Assembly (NCBI RefSeq): GCF_009914755.1
Contig: NC_060926.1
Origin: the human T2T-CHM13v2.0 reference genome, Homo sapiens
Length of the DNA stretch: 64,000 nt
Direction: 5' to 3' (one strand)
The notes beneath the pieces are model-generated. The model saw only the letters and a program-made list of their open reading frames with translations, was not told where the DNA came from and made no database searches. This document shows, in pieces, positions 42,111-58,975 of the stretch. The position numbers and the translations under genes were made by a program. Each line of letters opens with the position of its first letter. Positions within the stretch are counted from its first letter, which is position 1.

Positions 42111-44112
42111 CATTTTGAGTATGCTTTATTTATTTGTTTTTTGTTTGTCTGGTTATTATAATTTGAAATTTTATTTCAGATTCAAGGGGTACATGTGAAG
42201 GTTTGTTACCTGGGTATACTGTGTGATGCTGATGTTTGGGGTATGATGGATTCCATCACCCAGGTGCTGAGCATAGTACCCAATAGTTTTTCAACCCTTG
42301 GCCCCTTCTCTCCATCTTCTAGTAGTCCCCAGTGTCTATTGTCACCATCTTTATGTCCATGAGTACCCACTGTTTAGCTTCCACTTTTAAGTAAGAACAT
42401 GCGGTATTTGGTTTTCTGTTCCTGCGTTAATTTGCTTAAGATAAAGGCCTCTAGCTGCCTCCATGTTGCTGCAAAGGACCTGATTTTGTTCTTTTTATGG
42501 CTGTGTAGTATTCCATGGTATATATGTACCACATTTTCTTTTTCCAATCCACTGTTGATGGACACCTAAGTTGATTCCATATCCTTGCTATTGTGAATAG
42601 TTCTGCAATAATCATATAAGTGCATGTGTTTTTGTTAGAACAATTTTCTTTTGGACATATATCCAATAATGAGATTTCTGGGTCAAACAGTAATTCTGTT
42701 TTAATTTCTTTGCAAAATCTCCAATCTACTTTCCACAGTGGCTGAACTAATTTACATTCTGATGAACAGTGTATAGGCGTTTCCTTTTCACCGCAGCATC
42801 ACCAGGATATGTTATATTTTGACTTTTAAAACATGGTCATTCAAACTAATGTGAGATGGTATCTCATTGTGGTTTTTATTTGCATTTCTCCTATGATTAG
42901 TGATGATGATCATTTTTCATGTTTGTTGGTCGCCTGCACATTTTCTTTTAAGAAGTTCCTGTTGCCCATTTTTGATGCTGTTATTTGTTTTTTGTTTGTT
43001 TAGTTTCTTATAGATTCTGGATGTTAGACCTTTTTCAGATGTACACTTTATGAATACTTCCTCCCATTCCTTAGGTTGTCTATTTACTCTGTTGATCGTT
43101 TATTTTGCTGTGCAGAAGCTCTTTAGTTGAATTAGGTCCCAATTGTCAATTTTTGTTTTGTCGCAGTTGCCTTTGAGGACTTAGTGATAAATTCTTTCTC
43201 AAGGCTGATATCCAGAATGGTGTTTCTTAGGTTTTCTTCTAGGATTCTTTTAGTTTGAGGTCTTTCTTACACTTAAATCTTTAATTCATTTCGAGTTAAT
43301 TTTTGTCTATGGTGAAAGGTAAGGATTCAATTTCATTCTTCTACATATGGTTAGCCAGCTATCTCAGCACCATTTATTGAATATGGAGCCCTTTCTTCCA
43401 GTCCTATCTATTCTGTTCCATTGGTCTATGTGTCTGTTTTTGTACTAGTACCATGCTGTTTTGGTTACTGTAGCCTTATAGTGTAGCTTGAAATTGGGTA
43501 ATGTAATGCCTCCAGCTTTATTCATTTTGCTTAGAATTGCTTGAGATATTTGGGCTCTTTTTCAGTTCTATATGAATTTTAAAATAATTTTTTCTAATTC
43601 TGTGAAAACATGACGTTGGTAACTTGATAGGAGTAGCATTAAATCTGTAGATTGCTTTAAGCAGTATGGCCATTTCAAAGATATTGGTTCATCCAGTCCA
43701 TGAGCATGGAATGTTTTTCCATTGGTTTGTGTCGTCTATAATTTCTTTCAGCAGTGTTTTATAGTTTTTCTTGTAGAAATGTTTCACCTCCTTGGTGAGA
43801 TGCATTCCTATATTTTTTTTGTAGTTATTGTAAATGGGATTGCATTCTTGATTTAGCTCTCAGCTTGAACATCATTGGTGTATAGAAATGCTACTGATTT
43901 TATACATTGATTTTGTATCCTGAAACTGTACTGAAGTTGTTTATGAGTTGCAGGAGCCTTTTTGTGGAGTTTTTAGGGTTTCGTAGGTATAAAATCATGC
44001 CATCCACAAAGAGATATAGTTTGACTTCTTCTTTTCCTGTTTGAATGCCTTTTATTTCTTTTGCCTGATTGCTCTACCTAGGACTTCCAGTACTATGTTG
44101 AAGGAGTGGTGA

Positions 44113-44506
<394 letters not shown>

Positions 44507-46570
44507 TATTTTGAAGAATTGTCCTTCGATGCCTAGTTTCTTGAGGGTTTTTGTCATGAAGGGATGTTGGATTTTGTCCAAAGTTTTTTCCACATCTATT
44601 GAGATGATGATATGGCTTTTGTTTTTAATTCTGTTTATGTGATGAATTTATCAATTTGCATTTGTTGAACCAACCTTTCATCCCAGGAATGAAGCTTACT
44701 TGATTATGATGTATTAACTTTTTGATATGCTGCCAGGTTCAGTTTGCCAGTATTTTGTTGAGGATTTTTACATTTATGCTCGTCAGGGATATTGGACTGT
44801 AGTTTTCTTTTCTTACTGTGTTTTCACCAGGTTTTTGTATTGGAGTATTGCTGGCTTCATAGAATGAATATTGGGGGAGTCCTTTCTCCCTGATTTTTTT
44901 GACATAGTTCCAGTAGGAGTGGTATCAACTCCTCTTTGTACATCTGGTAGAATGCAGCTGTGAAATCCATCTTGTCCAAGGCTTTATTTTTGGTGGGTAG
45001 TTTTTTTTTAAATTACTGATTCAATTTCACACCTTTATTTTGGTCTGTTCAGAGTTTCAATTTCTTCCTAATTCAATATTTGGAAATAGTGTGTTTCCAG
45101 GAATTTATCTATTTTCTCTACATTTTCTGATTTGTTTGCATAGAGGTATTCATAATAGTCTCTTAGAAACTTTTATATTTCTGTGAGATTGGTTGGAATG
45201 TCACCTTCATCATTTCTGATTGTGCTTATTTGGTTCTTCTCTCTTTTTTCCCTTTTTAATCTAGCTAGTGGTCTATCAATCTTGTTTATCCTTTTGGGTC
45301 TCTATTTCATTGAGTTCTGCTCTGATTTTAGTTATTTCTTTACTTCTACTAGCTTTAGGGTTTGTTTGTTCTTGTTTTTCTAGATTTTGTAAGTGTAATG
45401 TTACATCATTAATTTGAACCCTTTCCAACTTTTTGAGATAGCTGTTCAGTACTATAAAGTATCCTCTTAATACCACTTTTGCTGCATCCCAGGAATTTTG
45501 GTATGTTGTGTCTCTGTTTTCATTTATTTCAAATAATTTTTTTCTGCCTTAATTTTACTGCTTACCAAAATGTCATTCAGGATCAACTATTTAATTTCAA
45601 TGTTTTCAGAGATCTTCTTGGTATTGATTTCTATATTTATTCCACTTGGTATGACTTTGATTTGTTTAAAATTTACTGAGACTGGCTTTATGGCTAAGCA
45701 TGTGGTCAATCGTGGCGTATGTTCCATGTGCAGATGAGAAAAATGTACACTCTGTGATTGATGGGTGGAATATTCTGTAGAGATGTCTATTAGGTCCAAT
45801 TAGTCAAATGTAAAATTTAAGCCCAAAATTTATTTGTTTTCTCCCTTGATGATCTGCCTAATGCTGTCAGTGAGGTATTGACGTCCTCTACTATTATTGT
45901 GTGGCTAAGTCTTTTCATAGATCCAGAAGTACTTGTTTATGAATCTGGGCTCCAGTGTGGATGGAGTGTCTATATATTTAAGACAGTTAAGTGCTGTTGT
46001 TGAATTGAACCCTTTATCATTATGTAATGTCCTTCTTTGTTCTTTGTTACTGTTATTGGTTTAAAGTCTATTTTATCTGATATAAGAATAGTGATCCCTG
46101 CTTTTTTATTTGTTACATTTGCATGATAGGTCTTTTTCTAACCCTTTACTTTCAGCCTATGGGAGTAACATGTGAGATGAGTCTCTTGAAGATAGGAGAT
46201 GAATGGACCTTGTTTTTTTAAGCCAACTTGCCACTCTGTGCCTTTCATGTGGAACATTTAGACAATTCACATTTCAGGTTAATATTGATATGTGAGGTTT
46301 TGATTCTGTCATGAAGCTCTTAGCTTTATAGTTTCTATTGCATGGTTGCTTTATAGGGTCTGTGGGCTATGCACTTGTGTGTTTTTTGGTAGCAGGTATT
46401 GTTCTTTCATTTCTATGTTTAGAATTCCCTTAAGGATCGCTAGTAAGGTTGGTCTAGTGGTAAGCTTGTCTGGAAAAGATTCTGTTTCTCCCTCATTTAT
46501 GAAGCTTAGTTTGGTGGTACATGAAATTCTTGTTTGGAATTTCTTTTCTTTAAGAATGCTGAAAATGGGG

Positions 46571-47582
46571 GAATATGTCCTATGCTGGAACACCAGGATC
46601 TGATACCCCAGGATGACTGCTTAGAGAGGAAGGAGGTCATGGCTCTGAACAAACATTCCTGCCATTACAGGGCATTATTGGTGCTCACAGTTTGCAGGAC
46701 CTGGCAGCGCAATGACTTCAGAACATTTCAATAATAATGAAAAATCAGCAATTAATTCCTGGGCAGAAGTAGTATCATTGTGAGCTCAGACAAGTTAAAG
46801 AGGCTGGGTGGTTGATTGCATCAACTGTGCAAACAAAACCCTCAGGCAAATTCTATTTTCTGAATGATGTTACTCTCCTCCCTGGATTTGTGAGGGGGGA
46901 TATGGATTTTTTTCTCCTCTCTGCTCTAAGAAGACAATAACACTGAAGGCTTAGAAGTCTCTTTTGCTAGGACTACAGGTGGAAATTTTGCCTGCTACCC
47001 ATCTCTCCAGCTATCCAGGTATGCTGAATGTAGAGATTGAGAGGAGTTTTTAGCCAGGGTATTATGAGTGTCAGAGTACCATGAGGTATAAACCAAGCTT
47101 AGCTATGTGAGGCCTTGGAGATATGTGGACCTGTTGCAAAACCTTGAACAGTGTTAGACTGTGATAACAAATATCTCCTCATGGGACAGAGAGCCTCAAA
47201 ATTCCACCCAACAAGTTGACAGAAAGGGAATATCAGAGTAGACAAAGTAAGAAATTTCTACAGATGAAATTTCTTAATTGGACTAAGGGTGTTATTTAGT
47301 GAACATCGAAGACAAGGAAGATTTTTACAATTCAGCATTCCTACAAACTAAAAAAAATTCATATCCAACTATTTTTCCCTTTCTTTGGTAGACCTCAATA
47401 AGTAATTCCTTTAAATTCTCAGAAGATAGCAAAATTTAAAAAGCTGTATTTATTTAATGCATAAAATACCAAAGTCCAATGAAAAAATATTGTAATCTTC
47501 ACCTATGATAGTCCTACCATTGTGTTTAGAATAAACTGTGATAAGGGGAAAAACAAACAAACAAACAAACAAACAAACAAAC
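46571..47582 (+). pseudogene. Retrotransposed polyadenylated non-repeat RNA (3'UTR-only retrocopy or orphan L1 transduction), source unknown
   Basis: AATAAA at 47530-47535, A-rich (AAAC)n tail at 47549-47582, and TSD AAT[G/C]CTGAAAAT[G/A]GGG at 46555-46570 and 47583-47598. The host L1 ORF1 resumes colinearly after it. Confidence 0.75.
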
Positions 47583-47775
47583 AATCCTGAAAATAGGGCC
47601 CCAGTCTCTCTTGGTTTATAAGATTTCTGCTGAGAAGCCTGCTGTTAGCCTGATAGGGTTCCCTTTGTACCTGATCTGACCTTTTCCTTTAGCTGCCTTT
47701 ATGGCTTTTTCTTTAGCATTGACCTTGGAAAACCTGATAATTATATGCCTCAGTGATGTTTATTTTGTATGGTAC

Positions 47776-48086
47776 ATCTTCTTCATCTCAACATTACCGC
47801 AGAACATCAACTGGATCCTACCATAATTATATCATACTTGTAGGAAGTACAGCAAGATATAATAGTGCTCTAGGTAAGCATAGGGGATAAATTTGTGTCA
47901 GAAGACAGGAGGTATTTTTCATAAAAATACAGACTTGAGCCACCAGAGGGAAGTTTGCAGGACTCAGTGGTGAGGACATTGTGAAACATTCTCTCCAAAT
48001 TGAAAGACAGCTTCCTATACCTTTTCTCCCTGTCCCCATCAAATCCCAGATTTAAAGGCATGTTGTTGGCAAGTCTCTGGGTTTTT
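47776..48086 (+). mobile_element. ERVL pol (RT) fragment
   Basis: Continues the 42110 fragment through the degenerate YIDD region (cagaacatcaactggatcctaccataattatatcata) and aagtttgcaggactcagtggtg. Confidence 0.65.
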
Positions 48087-48302
48087 TAAAAATTTATTAT
48101 TATACTTTAAGTTCTAGGGTACATGGGCACAACATGCAGGTTTGTCACATAGGTATACATGTGCCTTGTTGGTTTGCTGCACCCATGAACTCATCATTTA
48201 CATTAAGTATTTCTCCTAATGCTATCCCTCCCCCAGTCCCCCACCCCCTAACTGGCCCAGGTGTGTGATGTTCCCCGCCCTGTGTCCATGTGTTCTCATT
48301 AT

Positions 48303-52120
<3,818 letters not shown>

Positions 52121-52184
52121 TTATGATGCTAGCTGGTTATTTTGCCCATTAAATGATGCAGTTTCTTCATAGCACTCATGGTCT

Positions 52185-53210
52185 TTACCATTTGGCACGC
52201 TTTTGCAGTCGGTGATATTGGTTGTTCCTTTCCATGTTTAGTGCTTCCTTCAGGAGCTCTTGTAAGGCAGGCCTGGTGGTGACAAAATCTCTCAGCATTT
52301 TCTTGTCTGTAAAGGATTTTATTTCTCCTTCACTTACGAAGCTTAGTTTGGCTGGATATAAAATTCTGGGTTGAAAATTCTTTTCTTTAAGAATGTTGAA
52401 TATTGGCCCCCACTCTCTTCTGGCTTGTAGGGTTTCTGCAGAGAGATCCACTGTTAGTCTGATGGGCTTCCCTTTGTGGGTAACCTGACCTTTCTCTCTG
52501 GCTGCCCTTAACATTTTTCCTTCATTTCAACTTTGGTGAATCTGACAATTATGTGTCTTGGGGTTGCTCTTCTCAAGGAGTATATTTGCGGCATTCTCTG
52601 TATTTCCTGAATTTGAATGTTGGCCTGTCTTGCTAGGTTAGGGAAATTCTCCTGGACAATATCCTGAAGAGTGTTTTCTAACTTGGTTCCATTCTCCCCA
52701 TTGCTTTCCAGTACACCAATCATACATATATTTGGTCTTTTCACATAGTCCCATATTTCTTGGAGGCTTTGTTTCTTTTCACTCTTTTTTCTCTAATCTT
52801 CTCTTCTCACTTTATTTCATTAATTTGATCTTCAATCATTGATATCCTTTCTTCTACTTGATCGAATTGGCTGTTGAATCTTGTGCATGTGTCACAAAGT
52901 TCTCGTGCCATGGTTTTCAGCTCCATCAGGTCATTTAAAGTCTCCTCTACACTGTTCGTTCTAGTTAGCCATTTGTCTAACCTTTTTTTTCTAGGTTTTT
53001 AGCTTCCTTGTGATGGGTTAGAACATGTTTCTTTAGCTTGGAGAAGTTTGTTATTACCGACCTTCTGAGGCCTACTTCTGTCAACTTGTCAAACTCATCC
53101 TCTATCCAGTTTTGTTCCTTTGCTGGCAAGGAGCTGTGATCCTTTGGAGGAGAAGAGGCACTCTGTTATTTTGGAATTTTCAGCTTTTCTGCTCTGGTTT
53201 CTCCCCTTCT
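52185..53210 (-). pseudogene. L1 ORF1p, frameshifted
   Basis: Pieces KRPN...LENTLQDIVQENFPNLARQANIQIQEIQR and LRAAREKGQVTHKGKPIRLT...ARREWGPIF...YPAKLSF. Confidence 0.88.
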
Positions 53211-54253
53211 TTGTGTTTTTATCTACCTTTGGTCTTTGAAGTTGGTGACCTACAGATGGGGTTTTGGTGTGGATGCCCTTTTTGTTGATGTTGATGCTAT
53301 TCCTTTCTGTTTGTTAGTTTTCCTTCTAACAGTCAGTCCCCTCAGCTGCAGGTCTGTTGGAGTTTGCTGGAGGTCCATTCCAGACCCTGTTTGCCTGGGT
53401 ATCACCAGCGGAGGCTGCAGAACAGCAAATACTGCTGCCTGATCCTTCCTCTGGAAGCTTCATCCCAGAGGGGCACCCGCCTGTTTGAGGTGTCTGTCGG
53501 CCCCTACTGGGAAAGTGTTTCCCAGTCAGGCTACACGGAGGTCAGGGACCCACTTGAGGAGGCAGTCTATCTGTTCTTGGAGCTTGAAGGCTGTGCTGAG
53601 AGAACCACTGCTCTCTTCAGAGCTGTCAGACAGGGATGTTTAAGTCTGCAGAAGTTGTCTGCTGCCTTTTGTTCTACTATGCCCTGCCCCCAGAGGTGGA
53701 ATCTATAGAGGCAGGAAGGCTTGCTGAGCTGTGGTTGGCTCCACCCAGTTTGTGCTTCCAGGCCTCTTTGTTTATACTGTGAGCTACTGGAGCCTCAGCA
53801 ATGGCAGATGCCCCTCCCCCCATCCAGCTGCAGTATCACAGGTTGATCTCAGACCGCTGTGCTAGCAGCGAGCAAGGCTCTATGGGCATGGGACCTGCTG
53901 AGCCAGGCAAGGGAGGGTATCTCCTGGTCTGCCAGTTGCTAAGACTGTGGGAATAGCACAGTATTTGGTCAGGAGTATACTGTTTCTCCAGATACAGTCT
54001 GTCACGACTTCCCTTGGCTCAGAAAGGGAAATCCTCCAACCCTTGCACTTCCTGGGTGAGGTGATGCCCTGCCCTACTTCAGCTTGCCCTCCGTGGGCTG
54101 CATCCACTGTCCAACCAGTCCCAATGAGATGAACCGGGTACCTCAGTTGGAAACACAGACATCACCTGTCTTCTGCGTCAATCTCACTGGGAGCAGCAGA
54201 CCAGAGCTGTTCCTATTTGGCCATGTTGGAAGTAACCAAGTCTCTGAGTTTTT

Positions 54254-56085
54254 AAAGTAACAACATAGATGTATGTGCTGTCCCAACCTACTTATCAAGG
54301 GAATCAAAAGCCTGAAAACTTTGACTCAGGCTCAGAGGAAGAAGTGGGTCTCCAACTGATCCAGGTGGATATTTGGCGCTTAAGACCTAGCAGATATTCT
54401 GCAGAAGATTCATGTGTTAAATAAAGTCTGTGGCAAGCCAGAATTGAAAAATCAAAGCAGAGTTTCCTCTTGAATTAAGGTATGCCTTCTCTCTATATAA
54501 CTATATTCCTTTCCAGAAATAGCTACCGTGATTGCTTCTGAGCCCTAGTAGAGACTGAATGCATAAGTATGAAACATTTGGTCATCAAACAATCTGAGCT
54601 GCCCATAATGTGCAGGATTTTATGTGATTCGTCAAATTATAAGATTGTTCATGTCCAACAATACCCCACAAACTAGTGGAAATGTTACAGTCAGAGAGGG
54701 AATCAAGAACATCCTGAAGGCCCAATTAGGTTCCATAAGCAGATGAATTACATCCCTAGTGTGCCTGCTGCTACCACACTGCAATCTCTTCCTCACCCAA
54801 ATCGAGTCTTCCAGAGAACGTCTTATAATTCCTTAAGAGAGAAGAAGAAAACTTAAGCCTCATTTGCAAATGCTCTGGATGATATGTTGTTGTAATATAG
54901 ATTCACTCAGGATAGTCCTCCCAGGAGGTAGAATTTAATTCATGAAGAGAAAGATGGCCTGAAGTATCCATCTATAGTGATTCATGGGAAGTGACTAATG
55001 GCTTGGCTAGATTTTTCGGAGATATTAAAGGAAAAAGATTGGAGATTGGTGGCAAGGAAATTGGGTATGAGTTATATGAATAAAACTTTCAAAATTGGCC
55101 CATATGGGGTTCATCATTGAATACACAACAAAAGGTCCCAGCTTTGGTGGAAATTGTCAGTAGTCAAGTGGATGAAATCACTGACTTGAAGATGCCAGTC
55201 AGCCTCCTTCTCCAGTTTCCCCAAGTCCTTGTTCAGTATGCTCAATAACAAAGCACCCATGGTGACAGGCATGAGGGTTAAGCCTGGGCTCAGCATAAGC
55301 ACTTCACTTCACTAAGACTGACCCAGCCAGCTATCGCCATAGCTGGGTCCTTACTGTGCCAGCAGCAATGAACAATGCTCAGTCTTTAATAGACTGCCAT
55401 GGCTCGGGGATCAGCCAGCCAGCTGGCAGTAAGTTGATTGCATTGGACTCTTTTCATCATGGGGTGGAAAATGATATCCCCCTCTGGAATAAACATTTAT
55501 TGTTGAGCCACTTACAAAGCTTTTCTTTTTTCTGCCTGCCAATATTCTGCTAGCAACACCATGTGTGAATTTACTAATCATCTTATGCACCATGTGAGAC
55601 TCAACACAACATGATTTCTAGCAAGAAAATTTATTTTACAATGAGAAAGAAAGAAACTGATGCCCATGTATTCACTGTTATACCATGTATTTCATGTCCT
55701 AAAATTAGTTGGCTTTAGCAAATGATGGAACAGTCTATTGAAGACTTGGAATGTCATTGGAAGACCACACTTAGTGAGGATGATATGCTGTTCTATATGG
55801 TATTTGTTCTCCTATAGTCAGGAAATGTGGTTCCAGGAGCTAAGAAGAGGAAATGCAGTGAAGCTGCATGTCTCATTATTATACCTAACGAACTGCTTAC
55901 AAAACTTTTCTCTTTTCTCGCCCTATGACTTTGGGCTCTAGAGGTCTTACTACCCAAGGAAGGAAACCTAACCTAGTAAACCAATATTCCTTCAGACTGT
56001 TCTGAGTTTTTCATGTCATTAGGCAAAAAGGTTAAAAAAAAAAAAGGGAGTGAGTAATCCTATCACTGCAGCAGCTGCGAAAAAT
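54254..56085 (+). mobile_element. ERVL pol (RT connection, RNase H, integrase) and start of the dUTPase region, degenerate
   Basis: Colinear with recalled HERVL pol: gccctagtagagactgaa, tgagctgcccataatg, gattggagattggtggcaaggaaattggg, caaagcacccatggtgacaggcatgaggg, ggcagtaagttgattgcattggac, ctagaggtctta. Confidence 0.72.
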
Positions 56086-56109
56086 ATGTATTTACTCTTA
56101 GAAATTCTA

Positions 56110-56900
56110 TAAAATTAAATGTTTTAAATGGTCAAAAGACATGAAAAGATGTTTCACAAAAGGAGACATTTTAAAAATGACAAACAAATGGATGAAAAGA
56201 TGTTCTATATATTTAGTTATGCAATATAAACTTAAAATACAAGGAGATACTACTGTATGCTGGCTAAAATGGTTAGAGTTCAAAACAAATTACCAATACC
56301 AAGTGTTTATGAGGATTTGGGGCAACTGGAACTCTCATACATTGTTGGTAGGAGTGCCATATAGTCCAACAGCCTTGAAAAATAGTCTGACAGTTTCTTA
56401 TAAAGTTGAATATACATTTACTGTATAACCTAGCGTTCTACTCCTAGGTAATTAAAAAGAAATTTTATTCATAATAGTAAAAAAATCTAAATATTCATTA
56501 GCAAGTTGAGTGGATAAACAAATGAGGCATATTCTTATAAAGGAATGCTAACCAGCAATATGTATGAACTAGTGAAACAGACAAAAGCAAGAATGAATCT
56601 AAAAAACCTGCTGATTCAAAGAAGTCAAGCACGAAAAGAGTATACAATAACTGATACCATTTATGGGAAGTTCTAGAACAGGCAAGATTAATCAGATAAA
56701 TATCAGATCAATGATTGCTTGAGGGAGGGCATGGGAGTTCCATAAATAAAGGAGTCTTGGGGAAATTCCTGGGATAATGGATATGTTCTACGGTTTCCTG
56801 ATTGAGGTACTTATTAGTCAAACCTCATTAAAGTGTTCCCTTAAAATGTGTTCATTGATTACATGTAAGTTACGCATCAGCTGATTTTAAAACTCAAAAA
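56110..56900 (+). mobile_element. L1ME-like 3' end
   Basis: caaaagacatgaaaagatgtttcacaaaaggagac ... gcaactggaactctcatacattgttggt ... ccatttatgggaagttctagaacaggcaa. Confidence 0.75.
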
Positions 56901-57339
56901 TAAAATAATTTTTCCTTTTCCTTTGCCCCATAATTTCGCATTTTTATGAGTATGTTAGTAATGGTTAGCTTAACACTCTGATCCATAGCTTATGAAATAT
57001 TAAGGTAGGGATTGTTACAAACCTAGAGAAGTTATAAACACAGCTAGAGGTCCTGGGCTTGAAGGCAAATCCAGTAACTGGGTTAATACCATTGGGGGAA
57101 GTGGTAAGTGATATAAAATGTAGTGAGAAAGTCTGGCATCTCCAACCTCTGGTTCCTTACTATGCAGCAATGTTGTCCTAATGGACCAGTTCCGTGCTTT
57201 TTACCTATTGGTCCTGACTGCATAGACCTGAATCTGATTTTCTCAGAATCCTGGAAACTCCATAAGAAACCAAATATTAATTAAATAAGTTTTTTTCTTA
57301 CGTAAGCCGCATTTGATTTTTGTTGATTGCAGCTAAAAT

Positions 57340-58245
57340 GCTGCCTGATAAAGAAGGGCTTAGGGAAATGTCCTAGAGAAGGTAATGCCTGAGCTGTGTC
57401 TAAAAAAGTCATTACAAAGAAAACAGGAGACATAGGGCAGGAAAGGATGTTAGATGAGAATAATGGCAAATATTTGGGTGTGGATAGAACATGAATTTCA
57501 AAGCAGAGAGTCACTAAAGTTTAAGCTGGAAGAGTCTGCAGGAGACAGATAATGTAGGATCTTATGTGTTATATTAAGGAGCTTGAACTTTATCATATAG
57601 ATGATGGAATGCCATTAAATGGTTTTCAGCAGGGGGATGACATGGTCTCATTTGCATTTTAAACAGATCACACTGGCCGCTGTGTGGAGAATGGGTTTGA
57701 CTGGGATATAAATGGAAGCAGCAAGTTCTTTTGGTAGTTCACACGAGAAATGATAAGGGTCTAAACAGAGTAATGTTCATCTAGACAGAACTGAGGAGAC
57801 AAATTTAGGAGACCTTTTAGTGGTAAAATTAACAAGACTAGGTATTTGAAGGCGAGAGAGTCAGAGAAATTCTGTTTCCCCAGTAGGCCATTGGTAATAA
57901 TGGTGTATTCTAATTCAGTTGATATTATTAATACCAATAGCCCACTAGGGAAACAGAGGAGGGCTCCATTTAGAAGAAAAGATGATAAGATCTTTTGAAA
58001 TATGTTGAGACTGCATATATATGGTACATCCAGGTGTAAACGTCCAACAATTATCTTGAGAGATGCACCTGAATGCAGGATAGATAACTAGAATTGCCTG
58101 TTGATGTAAGAATAGTGAATTATTTGGTGGAATTCAACTCATCATAATAGATTAAATAACAAAGGGAAGCATGTAGGGAGTATGGCTGCCACATATGGCC
58201 ATGCACGTCATGCATTGAAACCATTCCAGGTGATCCTGGTGATTT

Positions 58246-58278
<33 letters not shown>

Positions 58279-58548
58279 GTATATGTATATATATATGTAT
58301 ATATGTATATGTATATATATATGTATATATATGTATATATATGTATATGTATATATGTATATGTATATATGTATATGTATATATTTATATGTATATATGT
58401 ATGTGTATATATATGTATATGTATATATGTATGTGTATATATGTATATATGTATATGTATATATGTATATGTATATATGTATATGTATATATGTATATAT
58501 GTATATATATGTGTATATATATATATACACACATATATATATACACAG

Positions 58549-58580
<32 letters not shown>

Positions 58581-58690
58581 CCCTGTGGGCTGAGGACAAA
58601 ACCCTTGTGAAAAACACATTTAAAAGGTAGACATATTAGAGCTCTTAAAGTCAAGGAAGAAATGGTCAGAGAAGCAGGAGGACAATAAGA
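57340..58690 (-). mobile_element. L2 fragments
   Basis: taaggagcttgaactttatc ... gccattaaatggttttcagcagggggatgacatggtctcatttgcattttaaacagatcacactggccgctgtgtggagaatgg. Interrupted by the RY tract. Confidence 0.7.
58246..58579. repeat. Compound (TA)n/(TATG)n/(TATATG)n/(CA)n alternating purine-pyrimidine repeat
   Basis: About 330 bp, read directly. It accounts for the six I/Y/C/V/H/T-rich ORFs. Confidence 0.97.
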
Positions 58691-58975
58691 AAATATATTT
58701 TGCCCCATGGACTGAAGAAATATTTGTTGCTTGCATGTAATGGCAAACAACAGTAAAATCTACTACAATGACTTAAATAGATGGGGATGTATTGATCTCA
58801 TGCAACAAAAAGTCTAAAGAAAGAGAGTTCCAGGCTAACACGGTGTTCCTCTATTCTTCTTATCATGGGGCTTTGTCTTTATGGTCATAACATAATCGCT
58901 ACACTTTCAGGCACATCCTCATTCTAATCAGGCAGAGGAGGGAAATGGAAAGAGGCTGATATTGCATGCCTGCTA

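Noticed and set aside
46534-46734. 66-aa ORF at the 5' end of the retrocopy as a parent-gene C-terminus
   Set aside because: It starts in L1 sequence and resembles no protein I recognise. It cannot be supported without a search.
58120-58750. Six overlapping 108-165 aa ORFs rich in I, Y, C, V, H and T
   Set aside because: They are translations of the TA/TG/CA repeat, which lacks stop codons.
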